From Azolla caroliniana (Eukaryota; Plantae; Polypodiophyta): 64,000 nt of DNA. The notes under the pieces were generated by a model. The model had not been told where the DNA came from and searched no databases. It saw nothing but the letters and a program-made list of their open reading frames with translations. Shown here in pieces: positions 47,701 through 59,897 of this stretch. The position numbers were made by a program, and so were the translations under genes. The DNA is taken from contig JBHGNT010000012.1 of NCBI GenBank assembly GCA_043228905.1, positions 8,680,001-8,744,000 on the forward strand. The letters are read 5' to 3'. Within the stretch, counting starts at the first letter, position 1. The number at the start of each line of letters is the position of its first letter.

Positions 47701-49098
47701 TGTCGACCATGAAACAATGTTTCGAACCAGAAGCTCATCGAGCACTTGTTGTGCTTTCGCAAGAAAACCACATTTAGCATACATATCCACCAAGGCATTT
47801 CCAAGCAAAATATCCTTCTCCAATAAGCCCCTATTTAGAATCTCTTCATGGATTTGTTTCCCCTTTTCAATATCTCTGGCAATACAACAAGCTTTCAAGA
47901 TACAAGTAAAAGTGATTGCATTAGGAGAGAGGCATTCACTTTGCATCTGTTTAAAACAATCCAATACTTCATGGACTTGCCCATGTTGTGCATAACCGGC
48001 AATTAGTGCATTCCAAGAAACAATATCTCGAGTGGATAGCTCCTCGAGAACTTCCTGTGCTTTTGCCAATGCACCACATTTAGCATACATATCAACTAAA
48101 GCATTACCAAGAACAATATCCTTCTCTAACAACCCTCTACTTACAATATCATCATGAATTTCTTTGCCCTTGTCCATATCTTTTTGGCTTCCACATGCCT
48201 TCACAATGCAAACAAAGGTGACTACATTCGGTGAGAGACCATCTCTTTGCATCAATTCAATGCATGCCAATGCTTTGTGACATTGACCATATTCAGAATA
48301 TCCTGCAATTAGAGCATTCCAAGAAACAACATTTCGCATAGGAAATGCTTTGAGTACCAAATGTGCTTCGGCAAGTGCACCACATTTAGCATACATGTCC
48401 ACCAATGCAGTGCCCAGTGTGATATCCTCATGAAGAAAGCCCCTATACACAATCTCTTCATGAATCTCTTTACCCTTGTCTAAATTTCCCATTTTTCCAC
48501 ATGCTTTCAAGATGCAAATAAAAGTTACTTTGTCTGCAGAGAGACCTTTGTTTCGCATCTGGTCCATGGAATCAAATGCATCATTGTATTTTCCTTGCTG
48601 AGCGTACCCTCCTATTAAAGAATTATAAGAGATCACATCCTGAAACGGAATCTCTTCGAGAACACGTTGTGCCTTTGCAAGATCACCACATTTGACATAC
48701 ATACTAACCAAAATGGTGGCTAGATAAGAGTTCTTTCCAAGTAAACCACTTCTCACTATATCAACATGTAGTCTAATCAATTCATCCAGGTTCTTCCTAT
48801 TGCCACAATCCTTGAGTAATGCCACAAAAGAAAAACTTACCTTATTGACTCTTGCATTTCCAATCTCTTCAAATAATACTTCTTCTCCACAGTTTGGCTC
48901 CATATGCTCTCCATTAATTGATACCACAAAACCTTTGTTTCTTGTGAGCTCTTCATAAACCCAATATGGATTGTATAACCCATCAATCCACAGAGACTCA
49001 TTAGTCCGGATGTGTGCAAATCTGGGGAGATTCTGTATGTTGAAAGACAACAGGACTATGTGAACTCTGTATGTGTAACAAACCAAATGCACACTCAC
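44722..49098 (-). CDS. Giant PLS-class PPR protein with E1/E2 and no DYW domain (organellar RNA-editing factor type); true start uncertain, possibly MEPNCG near 48905
   Basis: Single 1458-codon ORF with 12 ~102-aa P-L-S triplets (NALVDMYAKCG / VSWNALIAGY / VTF..LKACG), then LLSACSHSGL, VWLALLGACKKWG and AAYVLMASIF. Confidence 0.95.
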   Translation of the reverse strand: MSVHLVCYTYRVHIVLLSFNIQNLPRFAHIRTNESLWIDGLYNPYWVYEELTRNKGFVVSINGEHMEPNCGEEVLFEEIGNARVNKVSFSFVALLKDCGNRKNLDELIRLHVDIVRSGLLGKNSYLATILVSMYVKCGDLAKAQRVLEEIPFQDVISYNSLIGGYAQQGKYNDAFDSMDQMRNKGLSADKVTFICILKACGKMGNLDKGKEIHEEIVYRGFLHEDITLGTALVDMYAKCGALAEAHLVLKAFPMRNVVSWNALIAGYSEYGQCHKALACIELMQRDGLSPNVVTFVCIVKACGSQKDMDKGKEIHDDIVSRGLLEKDIVLGNALVDMYAKCGALAKAQEVLEELSTRDIVSWNALIAGYAQHGQVHEVLDCFKQMQSECLSPNAITFTCILKACCIARDIEKGKQIHEEILNRGLLEKDILLGNALVDMYAKCGFLAKAQQVLDELLVRNIVSWSTLIAGYTHQGQGHNALDCFERMQSEGFSPDLVTYIYAFKACGIVGSIDKGKQIHDKVVCRGLIQKDNVLGNALVDMYAKCGTLLEAQKVLKELPVRDVVSWNSLIAGYAQCGRFHAALNTLEEMQCDGISPDAVSFICCLRACASLQTIDKGKQIHEKIESENLLDKDIVLGAALVDMYSKCGMLVKAKQVLEELLVRDVSSWNALIAGYVQHGQIYKALICFEMMESEGVCPNTVTFICALGACGIRRDVEKGKQIHAEVVSRGFLVNDIALGNALVDMYAKFGMFGEARMVMEELPVQDKVSWNALVAGYAHVGQGHEALNCFERMQKEGFAPDAISFVCALKACANMGSIDKGTQIHDEIISRGLLGKDIMLGNALVDMYTKCGVLAKALQVLEELPIRNTISWNVLIAGYAERDQGREALSCYKQMRSEGLSPDEVTLLFVLKACASVGDIVKGKQIHDEIASRGLFEKDIVLGNVLVDMYAKCGDLAEAEMVFNELPNRSIVSWNAVISGYSQRGRNREALNCFSQMQSEGLSPDIVTFIYILKACGDMGAMDKGKKIHEEIGKRGLIEKDIALGNALVDMYAKCGMLQKAQEVLDDLLHRDIVSWNALIVGYIQEGQAQQALNYFEWMQTEGLTPDSVSFICALKACGSTGALNKGKQIHDDIMSRGFLKKDNLLGAALVEMYAKCGLLDKAQKVLKELPIQSIVSWNVLIGEYAQQGQGHEALNCFEYMLSEDICIDVATFICMLKACGSVGAISKGKQVHDEVVRRGLLQKDVMLATALIDMYCKCGMLEKAHVLLKQLQIRDEVSWSALIAGYAQQGQGYQALNCLKEMKTEGFSPDEITFLSLLSACSHSGLLEEAQMLFEDMTRRYGITPSLEHLTCILVVFGYAGQFNEAISMIRAMPSSDCPEVWLALLGACKKWGNVKVGSFAFDQALLLDNSCAAAYVLMASIFASSGMQEDAERVEAMRMKYACCVNHHVGNGIESL

Positions 49099-50899
49099 AT
49101 AAATTCATATATACATCTCTCTATCTTTCTTCAGACTATATTCTTTTTCCTTACCATTATGTTATCTGTGTAGAGCCATGGAGAGGGATCTTTGAAGTAG
49201 TCCTTCCACAAGGTATCCATCCTACTAACATTATGTCGTCTCATCATGTCTTTCTTACATTCTCTTGTTAGTTATGTCATCCTTACATATGAAAAGAAAC
49301 GAGGAATCCGACACAACACTCTATTCTTCTCATCATCATCCATGGGGGGGAGGGGGGGCCGTAGTGAAATGTGGTGCCCTGCATTTAGCCAAATGGAACA
49401 GGGTAGGTGCCCTGGAATCTCCATCATTTTCTGATGATGCACCGACAAGAACCATACATAATTAAGTTGCTTTGTATGTGTAATAAAAACAGGGGAAGAA
49501 CTCATGTCAATGAGAACAAGAGACATACATCAATCTGCAGAGGGCACTGTGCCTGCCATACATATACGCAGTGTGTTGTCTTGTGTTGTGTTGGTGATGG
49601 ATGGATGATGTTCACATGTGGGTAGAGTTTCTCCTTTTTGTCTGTAGCAGGAGCCATTTATGTTGTTGGCATATGTATGTGTGTACAGTGTGTCTCATGA
49701 AGATGAAGGCTATGTATGTACATTATGAATATACATATACCATATGTAGCTAATTAGTAATAGCTTTGCATGTCATGAATCATGATAAAAGAAGAACAAG
49801 AACAAGAACAAGAAGAGAAAATGTGTATCCTTTCTAACTAAACAAGGCCCTACCCATTCGCAAAAAACAAAGGCGGTATTGGTGCGTGCGGGCGAAGCAT
49901 TGTCCCTTATATTCCCCACGGTGCCAATGACTTCAAACCTTTTGCGAACCAATTATCGGAATTGAAAAAATGGTAACGATAACTGAGTTCGTGTTGCATG
50001 TATCAAACACTAGCAACGATAATTGATTTGGCGTAAAAAATTATTGGTCTCCCTGAACCTGTTCTGCGGAAATGTTCTTGAGAGTTACACTAGGAATACA
50101 TGTTGGCGTAGCCTAAATTGCTTCAGCAATAACCAATGTGGCATAAAATGGTAACCACATCTTTGGTGCTAAAACGGTCCCTAAATCTTAAGATAGAAAT
50201 CTATGATGATGTGACATAAGTCCATTTGTCACAATAGGTGACAAGAGAATGTGCCACGCATGTGTATTGCTCGAGTTGCTAAATTTCTTCATAACTTTTG
50301 GAAATAATCACTTGAGCAATCACATTCTGTACGATAGGGTAGTTCCTACTTGACAAATCATCTTAATTGTCCTACACACATGTGCTACATATGTATATTG
50401 TTTGTGTTTAAGAGATGGCATTCTACAGGCGATAATCGTTTTAGTTCAATAATTAAAAGAAAGGGGTTCATAACAAATGACAAGCAATTCAATAACACAA
50501 GTATGTCCAAGCAAAAGAACATTAGAGTCTCTTAATCAAAAGGTAATCCTACTTGTCATACAACTTGTGCTACATATGTATATTGTATGTATTTTGGAGA
50601 TGTCATCTCATTGGTGATAACCTTTTTACTCAGCAAACTAAAGAAATCTAATCATATAATAAACAATAAGCATTTCAACAACCCAAGTATATCCAACCAA
50701 AGAATCTCAAATTTGGGAGGCACTTATATGAACTTTCCATTCTACAATTTGAAAAGTGATTTTTGGACATCGCACGTGCAAATTACAAGAAGATTGGGTT
50801 GTTTTCCTGGAGCTCAGGTATGAATCAATAAACAATATGATGTACAAAATAATGATAAATGTTGGGTTAAAAGGTTAAATATAAAGGTATTTTATATAA

Positions 50900-53150
50900 T
50901 ATGTACCAAAATTTACTCTTTAAAGTTACGTGAAACGTTTCGACTTGGGCTTTGGACAAACAGGAGCACGAGAACAACTAGCACTAAACTTGGGAGCAGA
51001 AGAGGAGCGATTCTTCTTGGGAATTGGGGAAGGTGGTCGAAGAAAGTTGGCAAGCGAGCGGGTTTTATAGGCATTGCCGGTGGGAGGGCCAGAGGCAATG
51101 TTCACATATTTGTTGAAGCTTGCTTGCAAGTCACACAACATCTTCTTGATGTCACTATGACAATGCAATAGCTCGGCCCGTTCTGCCTCTCGAGTATTCA
51201 TCACCTTCACCTCCGCCCATGTGCTCCCTGTTAACCGTGCATGCTCCACATTTGCACTTGGGTTTGCCTCAAAAACCTCAATTTGTGTGCTCCTTGATGT
51301 GATACTCTCCGCAGACTTTGGTGTTGCAGCCACCACTTCTGATCCCCCATTTTTGAAGCAATTGATAATGAAACGTGCATTTGGTCCCTCATCTTCTTCA
51401 TTTGTCCTATCAATTTCCGCGCATTTTAGTCATAAAACATCATCCTACCCCGAAGGTAACCCCACTATTGCCTCATTTTTCATTAATACATTGACAATAT
51501 ATCATACAAAAATAATTTTAGATTCTACTCCACCCCATGGAGGTGTAAGATGTTTTTTATTTCTCTTAATATGTGCTCAATTCAAGCGATTCCACAAGAG
51601 GAACCACTTGCTTTTCACATCACAAGGTGTTGCAAGAAATAGGATCACACAAATTGAGACAACTACTTTAATTCTCACTAGGGACATGGTCTTTCTTTGA
51701 AGTAAAATATCCTTAACCCAATATGGGAACATGGACAAGACTATTTTCTAAATATCCTTAACCCAATATGGGAACATGGACAAGACTATTTTCTAAATAT
51801 CCTTAACCCAATATGGGAACATGTACAAGACTTTAGATTCTACTCCACCCCATGGAGGTGTAAGATGTTTTTTATTTCTCTTAATATGTGCTCAATTCAA
51901 GCGATTCCACAAGAAGAACCACTTGCTTTTCACATCGCAAGGTGTTGCAAGAAATAGGATCACACAAATTGAGACAACTACTTTAATTCTCACTAGGGAC
52001 ATGGTCTTTCTTTGAAGTAAAATATCCTTAACCCAATATGGGAACATGGACAAGACTATTTTCTATTCACATCAAGGCCCACATTGTGACTCCTCTGCTT
52101 AGGCATGAGAGCTGCTAACTACCCTTCACAATGGGCTCCATCACCAAACTAAAATTCATTCTGATATCCTCTCCAGAATGCGTGTCACCAATTATTAATG
52201 TAATATGGTCTCTACAAATAATTGGAAATAAAGGATGCACTAACTTTAGAGCTTCATGTCTTGGATTGTCAACAAACGCTTAACCAAAAATCATTTCTCG
52301 GTCAATCGAGGACTAACTTTTCATATCGATTGTGACTAAAGTATAACATGCATATGATTTGTTATCACATTCCCCATGCCATAATTACGGATGCACAACA
52401 CCCTATGATAGCCAAACAAAAAACGTTGATGAGATATTGACTACTTACAAATTGATATCTAATAAGTAATTAGTTCCCAATGATACACAACAAGAAACTT
52501 TGAGATATTATCCTTCACATGTTGGGAAATAATGAAAGCTTTCCTCGCATTAATTTTGATTATTGATGGCTGAAATGTACAATAAATAATGTTTACTTTG
52601 ATTCAAACCTTGGATTGACTTTCTCTACTGATCTATCACTGCGTTGAGTAGCATCACCTCGGAGACACTCCTATTGTCAAACACAAAGTATTATAAACCA
52701 ATAAATGGGTTTTCAAAGAGGTATTGCAATTATGTATATTTGAGTAATAAAAAGTATCTCACAGAGTCAAACCTTACGATCAATTGTGTCCTTGTGAAAC
52801 GAGGTTGATGTTCCATCATTTTGTACCAATCTAGCACAATCAATGAGACGATGAATCTCCTTCTCCACATACTCTAATTGGATGTGTGGTGGCTCATTAC
52901 TATAACTTAATACAACATTCTCTCTTTCTAACTCCCTTTGTATGTTCCTTACCATCTTCAAAAGTGGATCCCCTTCACCATTTGGCCCTGATTGCAAATA
53001 GACCTCTACAAACATGGTGGAATAAGTACAACATATGCATGTGGTTGAATATTAACACTCAAGTTAATGACCATCTCATCAAAGTTTGCCATTATTGCTT
53101 AGACTTTTCTATTCTTTTCGAAGCACAACATCATCTAGAGACAATGTAGT
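50900..53150 (-). other. Fragmented ORFs, possibly a decayed transposon-associated or host gene
   Basis: Protein-like ORF pieces at 50926-51336 and 52767-53015 with no motif I recognise. Confidence 0.25.
51517..52065 (+). repeat. Recent tandem duplication (period 315 bp) including three copies of a 45-bp unit
   Basis: 51517-51750 is nearly identical to 51832-52065. AATATCCTTAACCCAATATGGGAACATGGACAAGACTATTTTCTA starts at 51706, 51751 and 51796. Confidence 0.9.
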
Positions 53151-53505
53151 GGTTCAAGCTTTTATAAGCGTGAAGTTTGATTTGCACATTTTTCTAAAAC
53201 TGAGGAGTTATGGTTTTCTCTTATAATGTTTCTAGAAGACATTTTATGACCATATTTAGAAGCAAGGGAGATTGGATCACATCGTGCTTTGCATATATCA
53301 ACTAGTTAACAACTTCAATAACCAATAGACCAATATAATATTTACCATATATGTCAATGGATTACATTGCAATTTTCCTAGGACTATCTATAAATGATTC
53401 AATCCTACATTACTATTAATGGAATCACTTTAATGTGACAATTTAATAATAAAACATATGTGTTTGTTGATATTGTGTTAACCTCATCTCTATATAAATG
53501 AATCA

Positions 53506-55300
53506 TCATACTATGAGGTAGAAAGTACCAGAAAGACATCCAAGCATCCATCCAAGGGTAGACTTCTTCTTTAGTAGCTCATTTTCCTTCTCAAGTTGTT
53601 TCATTGCCTTTTCTTCCTTTTTCCGTCTACGACTAATGAGCTCATTCTTCATCTCCAACTCAAGCTCTAGTTTTTCTATTTTCTCCTCAAAATTCTAAAA
53701 TTGGAATCAAGATATTTTCTTTAGTAACATGATCAATCGCCATTGTAGATGCAAAATGTGGAATTTAATGATGTCATGGTGTTGAAGCTTATGTGTTAAC
53801 TATAAAGACCATGCAAACACATCAATAACGAGAAATGAATTGAGATTCCACGACATAAAATGAATTAAGGAATTGTTACACCAAGGATTAAAGGCTATCA
53901 CCTTTGGTGACATTATTTGGCCAAAGTTATCACCAACGTTGTTTTAAGAGTAGATTTCGCTAGATGCATTCTCATTGAATTAAATATCCAAGAAATATAC
54001 CATTATGAGAAGTTAGAGCCTTTTGAAAAAGTAGATGTGACAAATTGAGCAATTCATTCTAGGTCTAGAAGTTATGTCACAATGATAGCTTAAAGAGATT
54101 TGTGAGACTCTTTGCTAGCCTTTGTCCACAAGGAGATTACATGTTATTCATGCAAGGTGCAACATAATTAGGAGGTATGGTGGATATTGAGAGAGAGGAG
54201 TGGCAACCCCCTCATGCCATGCCTCGATGAACCTACCTTCTTTGTGAACATGTCTTCCTTATACAAGCCCATGATGTTAGTCCTTAATCCTTCATCTAAT
54301 ATATATATATATATATAACAATCCTAAGAGGGAAAAATGTCCCCAAGCTTTATTCTTAGAGATGTATACAATATATCCACATATATAGAAAGAGAAAGAG
54401 GCCAAGAAGGTGTTGTAAAGGTTATCCAACACGGGATTCCACATAAAAGAAATTAGAGGGCCATGCATTTAATGTGTTCACCTAGTAGATTCATGGACTT
54501 GAATCCCCTCCCCTACATATACTTGGTAGGAATATTGAACCCACTTCATACCCCATGGTTCTCTAGTAGTGAATTGGTTTTGAAATCTGACATTCCCCAT
54601 GGTCATCTAACAAATTAGTGAGATTGTACATTGTGCATGGGGTAATCTAGTGAATGGTTGTGGATTGTGCACATTTTTCCCATATTCTACAATGTAGTAA
54701 TCATCTAGGTCAGTGGTGCGGATTGTAGTGCATTTTCCCATTAGTTGCGACAAAATCTCCTAGTAAAATGAAATTGACATTTAATGAGCCAAAGTGTCTG
54801 TGTGTGTGGGTTAGTATTGTATGCATGTGTAGGAAGATGGTGTGTGATTTGAACCACTCAAGAGAGAGGGAGAGCGAGAGAGCGAGAGAGAGAACCTTCT
54901 CGCGCATGCGTTCCTCTTGGACGAGGCGGGCGGACATGAGGGAGTCATGCTTGTGTGCGAGCATCTTCCTTCGGGTGTCATCGAGCTTGTCGAGGGCGGC
55001 ATTGAGCCCTTCTTTGAGCCGCCGCTTCTCCTCCTGGTGCCTCGATTCGGCCGCATCCCTCTCCAGCCTCAGCCGTCCTAGCTCCTTCTCGAGATACCCG
55101 ACATACTCTGACAAATCGTCACTCCGGTGCCGGTGGTGACCACCGCGGGACCCCGATGTGGATGCCGACCCTTCCTCTTGGGACACCTTCAGGTAATGGG
55201 ATATGGGGTGGGCTGCTCCTCCGCCTCCTCCTGATGCTACCTTTGTGGCCATGGGAGTAGGTGGAATGTCCCTTCTTGGTTCACTACTAGGGCAGGGCAT
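53506..55300 (-). CDS. Uncharacterised coiled-coil protein, ~197 aa; exons 55300-54896 and 53694-53506
   Basis: GC-rich first exon (YVGYLEKELGRLRLERDAAESRH...). A phase-0 GT-AG intron joins it to NFEEKIEKLELELEMKNELISRRRKKEEKAMKQLEKENELLKKKSTLGWMLGCLSGTFYLIV*. Confidence 0.6.
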
Positions 55301-55629
55301 TCATTCATCATCTATAGTGTATCCCATCCATTCATTCCTTTACAAAATGATCCCCCTCCACAGCGTACACTACTATCTCATTGATATGCACCATACCAGC
55401 ATGAAGCCATGGATGGATGGATGGATGGATGGATGGACATTTGGCCCTTCATATGATGAGGCTGTTTCTCTCTTTTTGTTTCCTGATGTCTTCGCCTCAC
55501 TTGCTTGGACGTGCAGAGACACAGAGACAGAGACAGAGACAGAGAGGAGAGAAACGCAAACGCACGCGCAGATGTGGTAAAATGGCGACGACGTTTCAGT
55601 CTCTCAAACGCAAAAGCACTCCTCCATTC

Positions 55630-55990
55630 TCATACAACATACATACATACCCACTACAATATGTACACAGTACTATACATACATATGTATGTATGTATGT
55701 ATGTATATACTCTTTACGTATACACATAAATACGTATACATACGTACATGTATATGTAACGCAAAGCACTCCATTCATAGAATATACATACTACTTACTA
55801 TATGTATGTGTATATACTCTCCATGTATACACATAATACGTATACGTACGCATGTATGTATGTATATATATATATAGCATGAGTATAGTAGTACACATAC
55901 ATTATACATGTGTGTGCGTGATTACACACACTAATTGCACATACAAGTATATACTCCACGTGGGGTATGCAATATTCGTAATATATCGTA
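55630..55990. repeat. Low-complexity TACA/TATG/TA simple repeats
   Basis: Directly visible. Confidence 0.85.
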
Positions 55991-58134
55991 CAGATGGTGT
56001 CGCGCTCTCCTCTACAAATCCGGCTGCAAAAAAAATCCCTTTGTGTAGGTATGTTGCATGCTTCTGTGCAATGATGTCATATGTCTAATGTTGTTTTTGT
56101 TCTTCAAAATCCCACTAAAAGCATGGAGGCGAGTACACATGGATAGGACACAAGCGTTGTCGCGTAAACGCGTGTGCCTATGCTACTTAAGTGGAACCAG
56201 AGGGGCCTTGGACCAGGAAGGACGTGAAGATTAGGAGGAGGACATGATTGTACGAGGACTCAAAGGCTCCAAGGAATCGAACATTTTGAGAACTCGAACG
56301 CTCCAAGACTAGAAGTCTTGGAGGACTCGAACTTAGCAAATGACTCAAGCATAGGCAATGCATATGTAGATACCAATGTGAACATAGACAACGATAAACG
56401 ACGAGAGAGGCTAGTCATGTGGTTAACGGTTTAACACACATGATTAGTGCATGATTAATGGCAAGACACCAAGATTAACACTCTATTTGACAAAGGAGAT
56501 TATTTCTTACATATGCAGAGTCAGCTTTACTAAAATAAAACCATGAATGTGGTGGCTAAATTTACGAGTTTTAAAGTAAACAAGTATGAAAAGAGAGAAT
56601 GATGGGGGCAATGTAAGCTCCCAATGAAGGCGAGTCGAGTGGACCGTCAAGACTGCGACTACTACTGATGGCTACGTTGCCATGGTGTTGAAGTAGTATC
56701 CTCAGGTCGCTCTGTGCTCCTACCAAATGATCGGTAAGCGAGCTAGGCAAATCCCTTTGCGAAAACCATCCATACGCAACGAGCTTGATGGTGATGGAGG
56801 TTGCAATGACCACCTAAGTAGAATAGGTGGTAGCGAAGAAGAGTTGAAGAAATGATATACCTTCACGGAAATCTCTAAGATCGAGCTACAAATGCCACAA
56901 TATGAACATCGAAAGTGGAGAGCTCAAGCTAACTTGAAACACCCAAAAATGATGCAAACCTAAGAAAAAAATTGAAGAAGCGAGCCCAAGAAGCCAAAAA
57001 TTGAATAAGACCCAAATAAGTTCTCTTCCCCTCATTTTATAGGGAGAAAGGTACCTCATTTGCATTAAATGCAAATATTCCTCTTTTTCTTTATTCTCCT
57101 TAATCCACGCCGCATTGGCAAATATTCGAACTCTACACCTACAATACCAAGTCAATGGCTCTATCAATTTTAGTTATTACATTTATATTTTCATATTTAC
57201 ATAGGCACATCTCACCCCCTCCTACTTTTGTTTTTTCACACGTTTTCCACCTTCGAGCACGCCACATAACGACAACGTAAGCTCTATGAGGCCAACTTCA
57301 TACATAGCTACCATATATAGAAATATGTATGGCTAACCCTCACACACACATGTATGTATGTATGTACGTATGGACGAGAACACGTATAGAACATGAAATC
57401 AGGTACATAAGTGTGAACACACATGCACAAGACATGAAGATGGCTATATACGATCGAGGACACAAGTACTTCGTATAGGGCAATGTTTATGTAAATATAT
57501 AGAAGGAACAACTAGTACGTGTTTGATACATTGGGCAACACAAATCTTAGCCAAGTGTATTTGTGCATCAAATAATAGTAAATTGTCCCCAAATTGCCAA
57601 CTCATCTAGGTCTTGCTATTTTATTTTGTTCTAGTTTTTATAAAAATCCTACTCTAACAATTTTGGGCAACAACTCTATTAAGAGTGCCATTCCTTTATG
57701 CATATGTGTGTATATAATTATTATAGATATTTAGAGATACTATAGGGTGAGTAGGATCACTAAGAACATTATAGTTACTAATCAACAAAGTTCCCTTTTC
57801 ATGCATGAAATAGTTGGAAGGCATGTATGAATGCCGAAATCTTATAGAAAATCAATCTATTTCTCGTGAATATGATGTCTTTATAACTATTTCTAGTTGG
57901 CAAGTTCTTGTTCGTGGTCTTGAGAACAAGGGTAACAAATGCATCAAGGCTAATGATTTAAGCCACATTAGTTCTGAATGTATGCCACATCGATTACAAC
58001 TGACTATGATATTATTGTAAGCAACAAATGTACTAGGATGGATTTGCAGCTCAAGTCTCAAGAGCGTTTTAAGCACAATAAACATGAGGGGCAAACATTG
58101 ATTGTATGCCACATCCATAAATTGTTATATGTAT

Positions 58135-58436
58135 TAGGAATCGGCAACGGCTCGGTTCAAGCCTAAACCGAGCCGTTAAACCATTTATAAATGCTTTGGT
58201 CGTTTGGTGGTTCGGTTCAGGCTTGTACTTCGTAAACAGTTTTGAGCTCGATTTGGCAAGGCTCAAGCTGAATGAAACTGAATTGTTCACAAACCAGTTA
58301 AGGCTAAATGGTTTGTCCAAACCGATGCTTGGTTCGAGTTTGAAAACTTCCAAACGAGTTAAAGCCTTAAAAACACTTTGGTTTTGGACAAAGGCCAAAC
58401 CGGTTAAGCCGAAACCGAACCATTGCCGGTTTCCCA
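58135..58436. mobile_element. Older hAT-type MITE (AACCG-rich) upstream of the HARBI1-like gene
   Basis: Ends TAGGAATCGGCAACGG / CCATTGCCGGTTTCCCA resemble the 14175 MITE. TSD is degenerate. Confidence 0.7.
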
Positions 58437-59897
58437 ATATTATTACATATGCCACATATATTTCTTGTCCTAGAAGAGAGTCACTAGGAATTTTAATGCG
58501 CGTAATGAACCCAATGATTTTGTGCCACACGAGTCACAAGCAAGTGGTGAAGAAGGTGAGGCGGGCGGGCGGACGTAATCCATGGCCACCGACCGGACAT
58601 CAAATATCATCAGCCCCCGAGATGAGCCGAGCCGAGCCGAGCCTAGCCAAGCCGAGTCCCGAGCCCCCATTGGCCGGCCGTACGTGCCACGTCAGCCCAT
58701 CCCTCCCTAAGGAGTGGGAGTTTTCCGGGCTTTCTTGGTTGGGGAGCTCCTTCCTTCTTCCCTCCTTCTCCTGTTCTTTCCCTTTCATCAGGAGTCAGGA
58801 CAGGAATGGTGGTACTGGTGATGGGTAGGCGAGCTATGGCGATTCAGGTGAGGCACGCCTCTCTTTGATGGGATGGATCTCTTTAGGCTCTCCTGCGTGC
58901 TCAGGTTAGGGTCTCTTCCCCCCCTTTCTCCATATTACCCCTCTTTGTGAAACCAAAACCCTTGACCTCAAGAAGTGGAAGCGGATTTCCTCCGTCTTTT
59001 TTTTAAAGATTAGGGTTCGAGTTGAAGTTCTGAATATCTGTCTCCGCGCAGAGCGCGCGGTATATCATATCTGCGATTCAAATTATCTCTCGGTAGCCTT
59101 CCTTTTATGCAGTAAGGGCGAGATTCTAACCTTATAATACCAAGATTAGCTGGAACCAGAGAAGAAAATTAATCCATTTTTTCTTGAATTGACATGATAG
59201 ACACTGATCAAGTTTAACTGATATCAGCGAAGAAAATTTCCTGTCTTCTGTGTTGGAATAAAGGGTGTGGATGCCAGGAAACGAGAGAAACTATGCATGA
59301 ACAGTACTCTGATAGGATTTTCCTAACCCGAAAGAACCATCATTGAAACCTACATTTTCATTTAAAGAATAACAGATTTGGATTGGGAAAAGTACAGTAT
59401 TTATGGTTAAAAATTCTCTCTTGATAGCTTTTTATGCACATAAGCAAAGTATCGAAAGCGTGGATTGTAATATCATCTAAATAGAAAATCAGCATCTTTT
59501 TGTGCTGAGATGATGGGTTTGGATTGCAAAAAGTCTGAATTTCATGGTTAAGATCTCTCTTGAGAGCCTTTTATACATATAAGAATAGTACTCTCACCTT
59601 AGCTTACCAGCATTCTTGCAGAGAGGACAGAATCTATGGCTAAATTCTCTCTTGAAAACTTCATGTAAGCAAGGTTTATTCATGGAAAACCAGCTTTAGT
59701 TACTATCATAGAAATAAAACCTCTGTCTTGATGTGTGTTGAAATGACAGATTTGGACATGGAATCCTGGTTAAAGTGCTCTCTTGATAGGATTTAATTGT
59801 ATAAGGAGGAATTTTCTTACCTACAAATACCAACTGTCAGAGAAGAAAATCCGTCTTTTGTGTGTGTGTGCGTCTGCGCGTGTGACGAAAGAAAGCC

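Noticed and set aside
45585-47995. Several plus-strand ORFs with repeated AYISTKAFPS
   Set aside because: Antisense shadows of the PPR repeats.
55417-56088. Tyr/Ile/His/Thr-rich ORFs
   Set aside because: Translations of simple repeats.
58069-58828. 153-aa and 210-aa ORFs as a Myb-like partner of the HARBI1-like gene
   Set aside because: They span a MITE and GC-rich promoter DNA and show no Myb/SANT tryptophan pattern.
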